Part shown: piece by piece, positions 50,882 through 63,265 of the stretch | Layout: each line of letters opens with the position of its first letter | Position numbering within the stretch: position 1 is the stretch's first letter | NCBI RefSeq assembly: GCF_963853765.1 | Contig: NC_088859.1 | Span: 51,522,001 to 51,586,000 of the forward strand | Source of the DNA: Magallana gigas | Lineage: Eukaryota | Reading direction: 5' to 3' | DNA: 64,000 nt | Notes under the pieces: generated by a model | Seen by the model: the letters and a program-made list of their open reading frames with translations, nothing else | Told to the model about the DNA's origin: nothing | Database searches by the model: none | Made by a program: the position numbers and the translations under genes

Positions 50882-52864
50882 TTAAACTGATACTATGTGA
50901 ACCCACGGACTATTAGGTGTAAACAAACTCGTTCCAAATTCAGTAATTGCCAGTTGTCTGGATCTGACACAAATAGCATAGGGCATCTTTATGCCATCTC
51001 GAGCAGACAGAAACTTTTCGTCAATCATGTGACCTTCGTCTGATATCGCCTGGACGTCATTGTTGTCCAAGCAGACATAAATTGTTCCCATCTTATCCGA
51101 GGCCACACCCCACGGGGCGGCGTTTGGAGTGTGTGTCCATTGTACCTGACCCTCGGGACTCATGCAGATCACCCGCCGAAGTTCATTGTCACTGACCACA
51201 ATCATACCGTCCCGTGTGACCGTCAAGAATCGCGGATCACGTAAAATACGCGACCGCTCCACGGAGATCTGAACGCGACCCACCCTGTTAATGATGTCAA
51301 TGCACTTAGATCCACGGTAACTACACGTCACGAAGTTCGTTCTCTGATGTAAGCAGATTATGTCATATGCCTTATTGGTCTTGAACGTCTCTTTTATCGC
51401 CAACTCCGAGTCTGTGCTGATGATAACTACCTGCTTTTTCTCGGGTTGAGTAACGGCCACTTCCGTAGGATTGTCCATTAGAGTGATGCTGGTGGCGCCC
51501 TCTAACGGCAGTGTTTCATGAGTTGTGAACGTTCCTGCTATGCTACACTTTCTTAATAGATTGTTATACGAGTCGAGGACCAGAACATAGTACCCTATAA
51601 ACACTATCCCGTTCAAATGCCACGTCGTAGTGTCTTCCTGTGGGTTTTTGACGCTGATCACAGACTTACTCTTACTACGACTCTGTGCGTGGTTATTCTG
51701 GGTTATCCTTCTTGGCCTACTTACAGTAGAGGTAGACACTCGCCGGTTTCCGGGAGCGGCGAACCTCGGAGCTGCCGAGGAGAGAGGCGCAGAAATAAAT
51801 CCTAGATTCCCGTCAGTGTCGGGCTGTGTTCTTGGTGTGATGTCTTCCGTTCGGTTTGGGAGTTTAACCCTCAGGGTGGCTAGAGACGGCGGGTTGCTCA
51901 AGAACCGGGAGAATGTCGGATGATCTGACATTTCAATATGTCTTGGGTTTCTCTGTGATATGGCCGCCAGTGCTCGGTCATATTCTTCTGCCTGGGACTC
52001 GATCCTTCGGTATGAATTCAGGATATCCTGGGTAGAATTTGTGCTCAAGAGGTTATCAAATGTCAGTTTGGTGTCCTGTATTCTATCAAAGAGAGCAACC
52101 AACTGCCGTGTTTCTGAAGGCAACTCATGTCCCGCTAGAGTTATTTTCTGTTTTAATTCTTCAGCATTTTGGAAACAGACCTGAAGGAATCGGTTAATAT
52201 TTGACTCTATTTCATCCAGACTCTCCATAGCCCGCGATTTTGACTGCTGTAAGCTGTTATGCTCCGGGGAACCATACTGCACTAGCTGTTGAACACGAAA
52301 AATTAAGTTTTGAAACCTCACATGTAAAGAATTGGCTTTCGGTTGAAGTCGCGACACAGCTTCCTCGTATGCTACACAGTCACATCGACGTGTTCGATGG
52401 TTATCGATCGCACACTGAGCACACAGAACAGTGTTACACCCAAAACAGTAGTACTCCATTAACCGTCCGGTATGTACGTTACAATGCTGGAAGTTCGGGT
52501 TAGAATTCGACACAAGAGGATGTAGCCCTTGGTTAGTTTGAGCATTGCTACCCGGCTGGCCTCCGCGTTCTTGTTCATTGACAATGGAAAGAAGGTTAAG
52601 GGCGAACTGGTCCACGGGGAACGACGACGCCCACTCCCGGGTGTGGATGCTGGACCCCGGCCCACTGACCAACCCCCGGTCTATCGGACATTTGAAGTTC
52701 CGAGCGTTAGGACTGAGGACGGTCTGTTGGATGTAGTCGGACAGACACTGCTGACAGAAGGTATGTCCGCAGGGGAGGAGTCGGGGGGAGGAGTACCGCC
52801 CCAGACATATGCTACAGATTAGGTAGTCGTTCTCTATATTCTCCACCACTCGCTGCTGGGCCAT
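50882..52864 (-). CDS. TRIM-like E3 ligase: RING + B-box2 + coiled coil + C-terminal NHL-like beta-propeller, single coding exon, ~660 aa
   Basis: RING CSIC...LPCGHTFCQQC...CPID; B-box CNVH...YYCFGCNTVLCAQCAIDNH; helical middle region; propeller repeats (PRFLTVTRDGMIVVSD, PWGVASDKMGTIYVC, PYAICV). ATG at 52862-52864 lies directly after a polypyrimidine-AG acceptor (52866-52867), so the MFCSR extension in the ORF track is intronic. Confidence 0.92.
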   Translation of the reverse strand: MAQQRVVENIENDYLICSICLGRYSSPRLLPCGHTFCQQCLSDYIQQTVLSPNARNFKCPIDRGLVSGPGSSIHTREWASSFPVDQFALNLLSIVNEQERGGQPGSNAQTNQGLHPLVSNSNPNFQHCNVHTGRLMEYYCFGCNTVLCAQCAIDNHRTRRCDCVAYEEAVSRLQPKANSLHVRFQNLIFRVQQLVQYGSPEHNSLQQSKSRAMESLDEIESNINRFLQVCFQNAEELKQKITLAGHELPSETRQLVALFDRIQDTKLTFDNLLSTNSTQDILNSYRRIESQAEEYDRALAAISQRNPRHIEMSDHPTFSRFLSNPPSLATLRVKLPNRTEDITPRTQPDTDGNLGFISAPLSSAAPRFAAPGNRRVSTSTVSRPRRITQNNHAQSRSKSKSVISVKNPQEDTTTWHLNGIVFIGYYVLVLDSYNNLLRKCSIAGTFTTHETLPLEGATSITLMDNPTEVAVTQPEKKQVVIISTDSELAIKETFKTNKAYDIICLHQRTNFVTCSYRGSKCIDIINRVGRVQISVERSRILRDPRFLTVTRDGMIVVSDNELRRVICMSPEGQVQWTHTPNAAPWGVASDKMGTIYVCLDNNDVQAISDEGHMIDEKFLSARDGIKMPYAICVRSRQLAITEFGTSLFTPNSPWVHIVSV

Positions 52865-53938
52865 CCTAGAACAAAACAAGCGCTTGTATTATATAATCAG
52901 AGTTTTTCCGATTTTTATGTTTACCATGCATTGATAAGCAATCAAAATTTTGAAAATAGCGTTCAATGCCCGTCGAATCCCCCGCACTTAGGATATTTAA
53001 ACGAAATATGTAAATCTCATCAAAAGGAATCTTACATTTAATTTGATAGTGTACATGTACATCAGTATACGTGTAATATAGAAATGCATTATCTGACCAT
53101 TAAGAACATTTATTTATACTTTATACGTTTCTTATTTTCATTTCTGTGTTAATTTTTTTAACATTACAACATTATTTCAAACAATCTTTGACTGTGCTAG
53201 TGCATGCTATTTTGTTTATTTAACGTTATTTGGAATGGACAAGAACATTATGTATTTTTTGTCACCGTCTAACGGATTTTAAATGTTTTCCAAAATAATT
53301 CTAGATCTTTGACAAAAAAATTGAAAAATAATGTTTCACCTAAAAGGAAGCAAATGCGCAGGATTTAAACAGAGAAAATTCCTCTAAAATTCGAACACCC
53401 TCTCAGACAAGCGGTGCTGTACACAATCCTCCGCTTATCACACTTAGCTAATTTGACACATATTAATTACTGTGAACTTTTATAGTTTGACAATTATAAA
53501 TGAATTTTTGTGAAACCGCGATTTTTGACCCATTATTGGTCTAGACTATACTTTAATAAATCAATAATAAAAAGAAATGAAAAATTATCCTGATAATAAA
53601 AGTACTTTAAGGATGGAGTCTAGACCCATTTGAACCAAAACATTGCAAATTAGCACAGTAAATGGTCTACATCTGGGCACACAACGTCGTGTGGCTTAAT
53701 TTGGAAACCTATATCTCTTCATTCTCTTGTGTTTATAGAAGGAAAATATGCTATTGACATGTATCTTGAAATTTATAGCATAAACAAAGTATACAATCAA
53801 GCCAAGAATACATTTTTTTTACTAATATTCAAACAAGTTCTTTATTTTTTGTTTTGCTCAAAGTGGGGGTTATATAACGCTTTGTACTCCCCTGTCATTT
53901 GGATGTCATTGGTTGGGTTATAAGCGAGATACAGAACT

Positions 53939-54192
53939 TTGAACCATTCTAACAAAGCTTGGGCTTTGGTTAGTTGTGTCAAACAGAAATGTGACGTAGT
54001 CCTGTCTATTTCATTGCTAGCTACTCAGCCATGGCTCTTTGAAATCAACAAGATTTGTCTGGCTTTTGAGCAAAGACTTCGCAATCGATGCATATTTCGC
54101 TTGAAACCGCGTCTTTTTTAATTTGTTTCGACGCAAGAAATAGATAGATACGCCCTACTGAAAGTCCAAGGTCTTGTTAAAATGGTTCTACA
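53939..54192. mobile_element. ~255-bp self-inverted repeat element, copy 2 (opposite orientation)
   Basis: Reverse complement aligns with 49283-49552 (e.g. aaaagccagacaaatcttgttgatttcaaa is identical). Confidence 0.65.
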
Positions 54193-54244
54193 ATTCTTTG
54201 CTGTGTAAAGAAATCTTTTGTTTACATTTTGAATGTTGAAGTAA

Positions 54245-54522
54245 AAATTCCAGTTTCAGACATAAAATGAATGTGTTAAACAGTTTATTGAAATGACATA
54301 TTAGCTTGAAAAAGATTTTTTTTACTGATATATTGAACCTATGTAAACAAAAATAGGACACGAGCTTTGTTAACATGACAAAGGATTGTGAGCCTTGTAT
54401 CTTGCTTAAAACTCTATGTCTGACTCTCAAATTTCATATGATCATTGGTAATGCATTCCTAAAGCATTATGGATAATAAAAACAGAAAAATAGAATTTGA
54501 ACAAAATCGTGACCATGCCCCT
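54245..54522. mobile_element. Partial copy (right half) of the 24260-24750 TTAA MITE
   Basis: Shares atgacaaag.attgtgagcc.tgtatcttgctt and the terminal aaaatcgtgaccatgcccct, followed by ttaa. Confidence 0.7.
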
Positions 54523-55829
54523 TTAATAATCTGAACAAAAAAAGCAACACATGCATCTCGTTTTAATTATGTTGAAAAAACATAAGTTAACATGTAACTA
54601 GCAATGCGTTCCTTTTGTATGAAATGTTTACACTGCATGTTCCTGAATACCATACACGTGTATACACTTACATTAATGAAAAATGATCAGTTTTAACTTC
54701 AAAATTCACCGATGCAATGCGTACAGAGCTGATTTCAAATTTGTTTTAAGAATATAAAATGACACATACAAATAACGATGAAATGTTTCCCTTACCTCCT
54801 GTTTTGGTTTCTGTTTGGGTGACATTAATACCTTAAATCGCCATTTTAAATGGATTTAACATTTGTTTCATGTATGAACAGGTTGCCAAGTCTGAATGTC
54901 GATTTAAATTTATCAGAACGCGCCATAAACTACAAAAGAATCATTCCATGCGGTGTTTACCAGTCATTGATCTATTATTCATTACTCAGACCTTTAATAT
55001 CGGGGCGATTTAAACTTTTACAGAGTATGAGAGAACTATATTACACCTTTACCATGAGCAGTTACTTATTAATTGATAATTTATATAGCATTTAAATAAC
55101 GTGCAAAATGGGGAAAATTTTAGAACACAGACGATATGAGAAGAGTTCAATATGCATTTGTATATACCGTATATACTGTGACTGTTGACGATATATCGCC
55201 GCAGTGTTAATATGATTAGGGTATGTTATGTTTCTTTGTTGATTTACTGAGGATATGCTATTTTCTATTGTACATTGTTCAAAAAATTAAATGAACGAGA
55301 AAATAGTATGTTTCTTGTTGTTGACGAGGACATGATTTATTTGGTTTTTATTTCATCAAAACATGTTAGGTGTTCCTCTTGACTATGGAAGTTTTGCTTA
55401 TGACGAAATATTATATTAATTCTAATGTTGCGATTTCTGGGAACCAGCAATAGAAATGCCACTGATTTCATCTCATTATGATAATCTTTATAACTAGTAA
55501 ATATAAATTTTCCACCTCTTTCTTAAAGTGATAAAAACCATATAAGTGTTGGTATACAAATAAATTTCCAAGTGATGTACTGTCAATGCACTATAAACAA
55601 CAGAATAATATTATATTATGAGCATGAAAATGTACTTAATCAGTGATTAGCTATATGACTTCGAAATGTTGTACATTTATGCACGAAAGAAAAGTTAAAA
55701 TGGAGTTTTTATTCTTCAAGAAATCAATTACTATATAATAATTCACAATTTAACATTTCAAGAGATTTAAACAATGTATATAATAAATATATGCTATTGT
55801 TGTACAATATATATATATATATATATATA

Positions 55830-56046
55830 CTGTAAATTCCTAATTAAACGCGAGGAATTAATATCCGCGTAAAATCGCGAGAAGCATCCTTCGCGGATTT
55901 TAAAATCTCGCCATTATTTTCTGAGAGTTGAAAACTATAAGAAATAAGGAGAAAAGTTCAACGTTCGCGATTTTATATTCTCGCGATTTGGTAGAAACCA
56001 GCGGGATCGCGGAATTAAGTACTCGCGTAATATAAGGAATTTACAG
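55830..56046. mobile_element. 217-bp TA-flanked MITE inserted in a (TA)n microsatellite
   Basis: TIR ctgtaaattcct / aggaatttacag, followed by acgcgag/ctcgcgt sub-terminal matches. Flanked by (TA)n at ~55808-55829 and 56047-56127. Confidence 0.8.
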
Positions 56047-56130
<84 letters not shown>

Positions 56131-56753
56131 ACGGATTGTCTAGTTTGACTGATGGTATAGTTTATGTCACATATCAAGTTTCTAGCATGACTGATGACCC
56201 AGACCATATCACATAACGAGTGTCTATTGTCATGCAAGGCTACATGAAGTATCATATATTTTTTTTAGCTGTTCAAAGATGTATAAGAGATTGTGGCAGA
56301 TTCTTGTAATTTCAATGTTACTGCCTAGACTAAATTCAAACAGAACTGTTTTACATGTACGTTTGTTCAATAACTTAACTATATTAGTAATATCCATTTC
56401 TATGTACTTTACATTCTAAACTACTATACAGTTGTAAATTGTTATACTTGGTAAGAACCTCGTAAGTTGTAAGAACTTGTGTTCGAACCATTTATATATG
56501 TTTATGCAATAAAAACCAACATGAAGTATTTAGAATTTCCTTATTTCTCGGTTAATGTTTCTAACCAAAAATAGCCTGCATTTTGTTGCCTTTAAAATGA
56601 CTCTATGTTTATGGCTATATTCTTTTTTTTTTTTTGGACCAAATTAATCTTCCTAAAGGAGAAACTCAATATAAAGATTTAGGAAAACCTTCAAACTTTA
56701 AAGCTAAGATCTTTGGTATTTTTCTTTACTTAATGACAGTTAATTGCTATATA

Positions 56754-57401
56754 CGAGGGTTGTTCGGAAATTATTGAGACAACATGGATATTTCCCTTCC
56801 TAAGTGACGAATTAGGGGAAAAATTGGCATGAACATTTAAGAAACCTAAATATACGATGACAAGGGATAGAGGGCTTCAGTTTATCGTCTTCTTTTACTA
56901 ATTGTTTAGCTAGAATTCAGACAAAGTGACTAAATATCAAGTACTTTTCGCACACTAACTGATGTCAACAGTTCTAAAATATGTACACAGAATGACTGTA
57001 GGAGACATTTCACACTTATTTGACTTTTGATTAGAAATAACCCGATTTATTCCCCAAAAATGAAGAATGGAGAGAATATGTGAATGTTGACATCTTGTAA
57101 TGTAAACAAAAGATGAGAAATGAAGAATTAATTCTAATATCCCTTTGTTTGTTTGGTGTTTAAAACATAGGATCAATGAGAAGCGTTAAAATGACGTTGC
57201 GGTAAGTTTGCAGTTGCGCCAGGTCACTGGACGAAGGCAAGATGGTCCGTTTACCAGGAATGATCTAATCATGCTATGGACACGAAACTTTTTACATTTA
57301 TAAACTATATCCTGGTGTACGTTTTGGTGAAATTTAAAGGGTTTCTTTTTTCCCACAAGGAAATAAGAGTAAATGTCTCAATAATTTTCGAACAACCCTC
57401 G
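56754..57401. mobile_element. Non-autonomous mariner-like element (648 bp)
   Basis: 28-bp TIRs cgagggttgttcggaaattattgagaca / tgtctcaataattttcgaacaaccctcg (1 mismatch), with TA on both sides. The TA-CGAGGG terminus resembles irritans-type mariners (inference). No transposase ORF. Confidence 0.85.
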
Positions 57402-57744
57402 TATATCATTTCTCAGATTTTAGGGAGGATCTGATGGATAATTTGTAAACCATCCAGTCTCCTTCACGAACTTTGACTTCATCTTATAACATGATGTATG
57501 AATATTATTATATCTATTTATAAGTGGTTACAAACGCTCATAGGTATTTTACAAGGACTTAATTGTCGTAGTGTTTTCATACCCTTGAACACCGAGCCAA
57601 TCATAAACAAGAATTATGTAAGTGAATAAAAAGTATTTTTTCTACTCATTTTATCTAAGTTTATTTTATTACATTTACATTGCAGAAAGCACAAATCTCC
57701 AAAGAAAACATTTTATTGTTTAAATAGTTTCATTGCACAATAAA

Positions 57745-58315
57745 ACTTTTTGTTTTCCCTCGGACTGAAATGTCACATTTTCATTGGATTAAACATGGCA
57801 CGTGATTGCCTCATATATCTCTATGTAGGTTCTTTGAGGATTAATATTAGGCAATATGGCCGTCATTGGCCGCCGCCGCACCTACTCATCTCGATATTTC
57901 ATATTATTTAACACAGAAATCGTGTTCAGTAAGTCATTAAAATATTTAGAGTAGTGGCCCTTTGAAATTATTTTTAAATTAGAGTAGTTGCCCTTTGAAT
58001 ATTGACGTCACATTGTTGTGTCTGGAGCAGAACAAAATGGCAGCGTCTAGGCCTAAATTTGCTCAAATCTCTGCAGAGGTTTAAAATTGAATAGCAACAA
58101 AACATTGTAAGTAATATGGGTGAAGCGAAGATTTTTAAAGCGCATTTGAAAGGTGGTTTTGATAATTTTGAAGAGTTTAAATGAGTTTAATTGGACGAGA
58201 TATAAGGCATCTTGTATACATGGCTTTGCGTAGATCACCGCTATTTGTGAATGAATATGTCGCTTGATAGTCCTCGGGAAAACAAAACACTTATTAGGTT
58301 AGTTACTGACTCACT

Positions 58316-58348
<33 letters not shown>

Positions 58349-58365
58349 CGGCTCGGCTTCGCCTC

Positions 58366-58402
<37 letters not shown>

Positions 58403-58429
58403 AGTGAGTCAGTAACTAACCTAATAAGT
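57745..58429. mobile_element. Non-autonomous element with short inverted ends plus a perfect 141-bp terminal palindrome
   Basis: ttttgttttccctcggact (~57748) is inverted to agtcctcgggaaaacaaaa (~58269). 58289-58429 has perfect 60-bp arms around a 21-nt GC-rich loop. Confidence 0.6.
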
Positions 58430-59022
58430 AATAGTGTGAGTATACCTGATTAAAACTGACAAAATTCAATTCACCTCAAGTGTTTAACACAATAAAGAGA
58501 CATATATTTGAGGTGTAAAATGGCTAAAGTTCTTAAAGAATACGTTTGAATCGATCATAAAAAGCAAACATTGATCAAACATTTTCAAATTTTATGAATT
58601 ACTGGTAGCAGTTTCATACTTATTAATATATGTTCATGCATTAAGTATTGTTCATTATTTCTTAAGACAATTTGTTAAGCAGTAAATATTCTGTAATCAA
58701 AACTACATCTAATCAGTTTTATCTATATTTACAGACAGAGAGAGTCATATTGTTCATAAGAACGTATCGAAAAGTTATTTACATTTGTTCTCAATTATAG
58801 TTTCTGTGAAAAGTTTAAACATTTTATACATAATATTGATATTGTTATAAAATTATTAATTTTATACAATTACAGGCTTTTGACCTATTTTTGGATCAAA
58901 CAATATCGCAAAATCAGCATAAAAGCAAATGAATATTTTTTTACGAGTTCTTTCACTATAATATCGATCAATTTATTTCATATATAGCATGTGAAAACTT
59001 TTGTTTAGTTGTCGCATTTTCT

Positions 59023-60033
59023 TTAGGTTATTTGAGTGTCATTTGCCTCTGTACAAGAAGTAGAGTCATTTTTATATGATTGCTTAGTATGGCAAGAAAA
59101 CCCTTTTTTAAGCTCCGTCACAAATTTGATGTCCATAAAGGCATAAACAAATGGGTTGGCCAGATGGTTTACAACGTACAATACCTCGAAAAATCTTACA
59201 GCAGCATATTCTTCTACGGTTAGGGTCTCCCACATACCAACAGTTATTCCCTCCAAAAGAAACGTTATCACTCTGGGCGAGAAGCTCACCAAAAATATTA
59301 TTGTGATAATCATAAACATCAACGACACGTTCGTCCTCTTCTTGCTGGGATCTGTCCTGTTTTGTTTATTTTGTCGGTGGATGACCTTTGCAATTAACGT
59401 ATACAGTACGATAAGTACAATTCCCCCAGTTACAACAAAAAATGTGCAGGATGTGCTATGAATCAGGGACAGAGTCTGCGTAGTGGAGGTCAGTCTACGA
59501 CAAGCAGTTCCGGTTACGTTCAGTTCTTTGTTGTAAACTCTCTCCAGTCCAAATGTGAAGTATGTTGGAACAACGAGAATACTTGTAAGAATAAAGGACA
59601 GAATCAGAGAAAAGCGCCTCCAAAACAAAGTCATTTGCCCTCCAAACGGTTTGCAAACTTTCAGGTAGCGCTGTACAGCAATTATCAGTAGCATTTCAGA
59701 AGCAAAAACAGTGGCAAAAAATCCGCATACAAAATTCCACCTACAAAGTGATTCCATCGTGTAGGTAACAGGAAAGAAATTGTTGACCGTATGAAGCTCT
59801 ACTGAAATAACCACAGCAAGGAGATCGGCTAGAGCCAAATAGGGTATAAAATAACGTCCTTCATATTTTCTATGAAGTCGGAGTCCATAAATATAAATCA
59901 CTACGGCATTGCCAACAAGTCCCACAACAGCGCACAGAAGCAGAAAAACAGTGGTTGGTATAAATGCCTTGAATCGTACGTCATCCCAAAGTTTGAGACG
60001 TTGCCACTCTGTCCAGTTGAGTTGAGACCCCAT
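59023..60033 (-). CDS. Rhodopsin-like (class A) GPCR, single coding exon, 336 aa
   Basis: Motifs GLVGN, LALAD, IAVQRYLKVC, TACRR, SFSP, NPFVY. Sequons NWT and NVT. Clear paralog of the other three GPCRs. Confidence 0.93.
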   Translation of the reverse strand: MGSQLNWTEWQRLKLWDDVRFKAFIPTTVFLLLCAVVGLVGNAVVIYIYGLRLHRKYEGRYFIPYLALADLLAVVISVELHTVNNFFPVTYTMESLCRWNFVCGFFATVFASEMLLIIAVQRYLKVCKPFGGQMTLFWRRFSLILSFILTSILVVPTYFTFGLERVYNKELNVTGTACRRLTSTTQTLSLIHSTSCTFFVVTGGIVLIVLYTLIAKVIHRQNKQNRTDPSKKRTNVSLMFMIITIIFLVSFSPRVITFLLEGITVGMWETLTVEEYAAVRFFEVLYVVNHLANPFVYAFMDIKFVTELKKGFSCHTKQSYKNDSTSCTEANDTQIT

Positions 60034-61889
60034 GGCAAGTGAGAAAATTAAAATTTACATCCTAATTCGTGAATTTGTTCGAGATATATATCTCTTATTT
60101 CCTGAATAAATTCTATTTTCAGAGTAAGGAAAAATTTCATCCTGTTCATCACACGGGCTCTTACTTGATTTTAGATCCTGTTTTCCTTAAATGTATATAA
60201 TACACGGAACTCTCATGTATATTGTATGTAATTTAAGGAGAAAAAATCTCTGTAACGTAGTTTGAAAGTAATTCTTAATTTCTATCAGATCTAAAATTTA
60301 CAATCACTGACAAAGTTAAAAAAAATAAGTATTACATGTAGCAAATAAGTATTTGCAAAGGAAATATTTATTTTAATTTTGAAATAAGATTTGAAAGAAA
60401 AACGATGAATCTTATTTTGTTTCTGACTATAATTAAGTGACTTGAATTAAATGGGATTTTAAAAAGTGCATCTTTAATAAAACTGATGAAAAATATCATC
60501 AATAAAAACAATTTGGTAAAGATACATGCACTGAAAGTTTATTACATTTATTGTCAAACATTGCAGTTTAAAGGAAATATTTGTAATTTTTTGAAAACAT
60601 GTCTTTAAGAAAACCAGCGATAAATAAAATGGTTAGAAAACAGTATGTATATATTTAAAAAGTAATAGCTTACCGATGGGAAAAATGATGACCTTATATA
60701 TAAACCTTAGTGGGTTTATTTATATCAAAACGATACTTGTGAATTACTGAATGACAACGAAATGCCTTTTGCCTCAGCTGCACTTAATTTGAAGGTTATA
60801 TGGTCCTCAATTTGAAATGTCTTTTTAAATTGTTTTACATTTATTTGCAATTTTTAATAAGCATTCGACACATATTATAAAGGAAATAAACCAAAATTAT
60901 ACCATTTGACAAACTACAATCATATCTGAGAAACAAATAACATACATAAATGAAACATAATTTTGAGATGGTTGACAGTTTGTTACTGTCAATTTTCATT
61001 TACAGTTTGATTTTTTCCATGTAAAGGTATCTCACTTTCCCTACACATAGACTTAAACGTTTTAAGACACTACGTCACATGACAGTGATTTAAATGATTT
61101 ATAAATTGTTTGTTTCAATCGATTCGGTTGTATTTGTCATTACTTAGTGGCTAAAGTACCGTGCTCATAAACCACAGATCAAGAGTTCGAATTCGCCTGC
61201 GACTTTTGATCATATTGACTGAATTAAATTTTTAAAAGGACATTTCTGTATAAGAATTGCAATTTGTTTAACCTATTTGACTTATATACATTTTATCAAT
61301 TATTCAAGTATTTTCAACTGATCAAAAGTAAAACTGTTTCAAGGTGAAGTGAGCCCCATTAATTGAGTTGAATTACTGATTAGCAATAGAGCCACTGGTG
61401 CCTAAAAGAGACACCGTGGATGTCAGAAAAAGGATGATTTTTACAGACCTGCAAACAAGTTGAACATTCGATAAAACTAATGTTTTATCCACCGTCGCAA
61501 TTATTTTTCTATTTTCTTGATATTCATTGATTTGTGGTGATAACGAACAATGTTCGAAATTACAAGTCCAAAGGAAAAATACAAAACGGGAGTAAACACG
61601 GACCTCTACAAAAATTTAACCGGTTACAGGTAACAGGTAACCGGTAACACCCGCCGTGTGTTCTTTGTCGTAATTGGTCAGTCAGCATTCGACCTACCGG
61701 AAGATTGTATTTGTATCAACCTTAGAACTTACAAAATGATGATTTTAATCGAGACTGTTGATAATCTTGTTTAATCAACTTGTTTGTCAGCTTAATCAGG
61801 GTTCTATTCCTGGCAGCTGCCATTGAGATTAGAGTAGGGTAAAATATTTGTTATAGTTATAAGTCTGGGAAAATGAAATTTAAAAAAAT

Positions 61890-62280
61890 ATATTATTTGT
61901 CAGTAGCTTGCCTGGTTCTTTTTATTTTTTTTCCTATGTAGAGCATGCCCTTGCGTATTGAATCAACTGGGAGACAAAAACTCCATATGCAAGTGATGAA
62001 GGTATATTGCTACATAAGTAGAGAAAGTTGACGATAGAAAACTAAGTCCTCATGTTTATCATAAAGTGTTATTATTAAATATTATATATTACATATTATT
62101 TGTCAGTAGATTGCCTGGTTCTTTTTATTTTTTTTCCTACGTAGAGCATGCCCTTGCGTATTGAATCAACTGGGAGACAAAAACTCCATATGCAAGTGAT
62201 GAAGGTATATTGCTACATAAGTAGAGAAAGTTGACTATAGAAAACTAAGTCCTCATGTTTATCATAAAGTGTTGTTGTTA
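61890..62280. repeat. Tandem duplication, ~200-bp unit x2
   Basis: atattatttgtcagtag.ttgcctggttc...gtcctcatgtttatcataaagtgtt occurs at ~61890-62075 and ~62093-62280, nearly identical. Confidence 0.85.
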
Positions 62281-63265
62281 ATTTACTATCGATGTTTTTT
62301 TTCTAGTAAAACATCTGAAAATGAAACAGATGCCACTGACTGACTCACTCTGTGGTGTCTTTTATTTCAAGTTGACTGGTATATATCGCGTCGACGTAAG
62401 AATGGAAGTAACTGTTACAATTGGTGATTGATAATATATCATCAATATACCTAAATGTCGAGTTGCAGGCGACACAGCGAGTGATTTCTTTTTATTTTTT
62501 ACCATTTACAAGTCTTTCAATAAATTCTGCTTCACATGAATTTAGAAATAGGTCTGCTAACAATGGAACGCAATTGATACCTCAGGGAACTCCAATAGAT
62601 TATTGGAAGAACTGATTTCCAAAAACTACATATATAAAGAAAGCAGTACCTTTTAGAACAATGTTATTCGATTTTTGGTTGTATTCTTATAAATACTATG
62701 AATTACCATCCAAATATACAAGATAATCATAAAGTTTTTAAAATAGTCTAGTGTGGCATAATTCCACAATAAAAAACCGAACAAAGCAGTTATTTTTTAA
62801 GCATAAAAATGTGGTAAATGAACCGCAAAATTGTTTTGAATGTGATTGTAATCTTTGGGTTCTTTAAAGTATCTTAGAATTAATATACAAAAAACTTCTT
62901 GTAACCAATTGTTTTAAATATAAGCATTGTTTTAAGTGTCTACACAATACATGTATATTGTAAAAGGTTTTTAAAAAAAAAATAAAAAAGAATTATCAAG
63001 ATACCTTAATGAAAGCCGTTGTAAAATTACATAAGAAAATCTCAAAATTCAAAAAGTAGCGTTTGGAACCTTATAACCATTAAAGTGGCATTTTGAACTG
63101 GGCTGATAATTTTAATTCAAACATGCTAGGTAATTAGGAAATGCAGTAAATGAACGTTGACCTCCTAATAAAACAACAAGCTACTGTATTATTTTTACGT
63201 AATTATATTGTTAAGAATAAAAATGCAAATATGTGTAATGCTTACTTGATTTTTATTTGTAAGTC

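Noticed and set aside
56955-57176. Possible transposase fragment in the mariner-like element
   Set aside because: No DD34D or HTH-like motifs. The element is only 648 bp and non-autonomous.
61140-61205. tRNA-Met-like sequence (tagtggctaaag...ctcataa...gagttcgaattc)
   Set aside because: A/B-box-like words are present but the stems are degenerate. Most likely a decayed SINE head; too weak to call.
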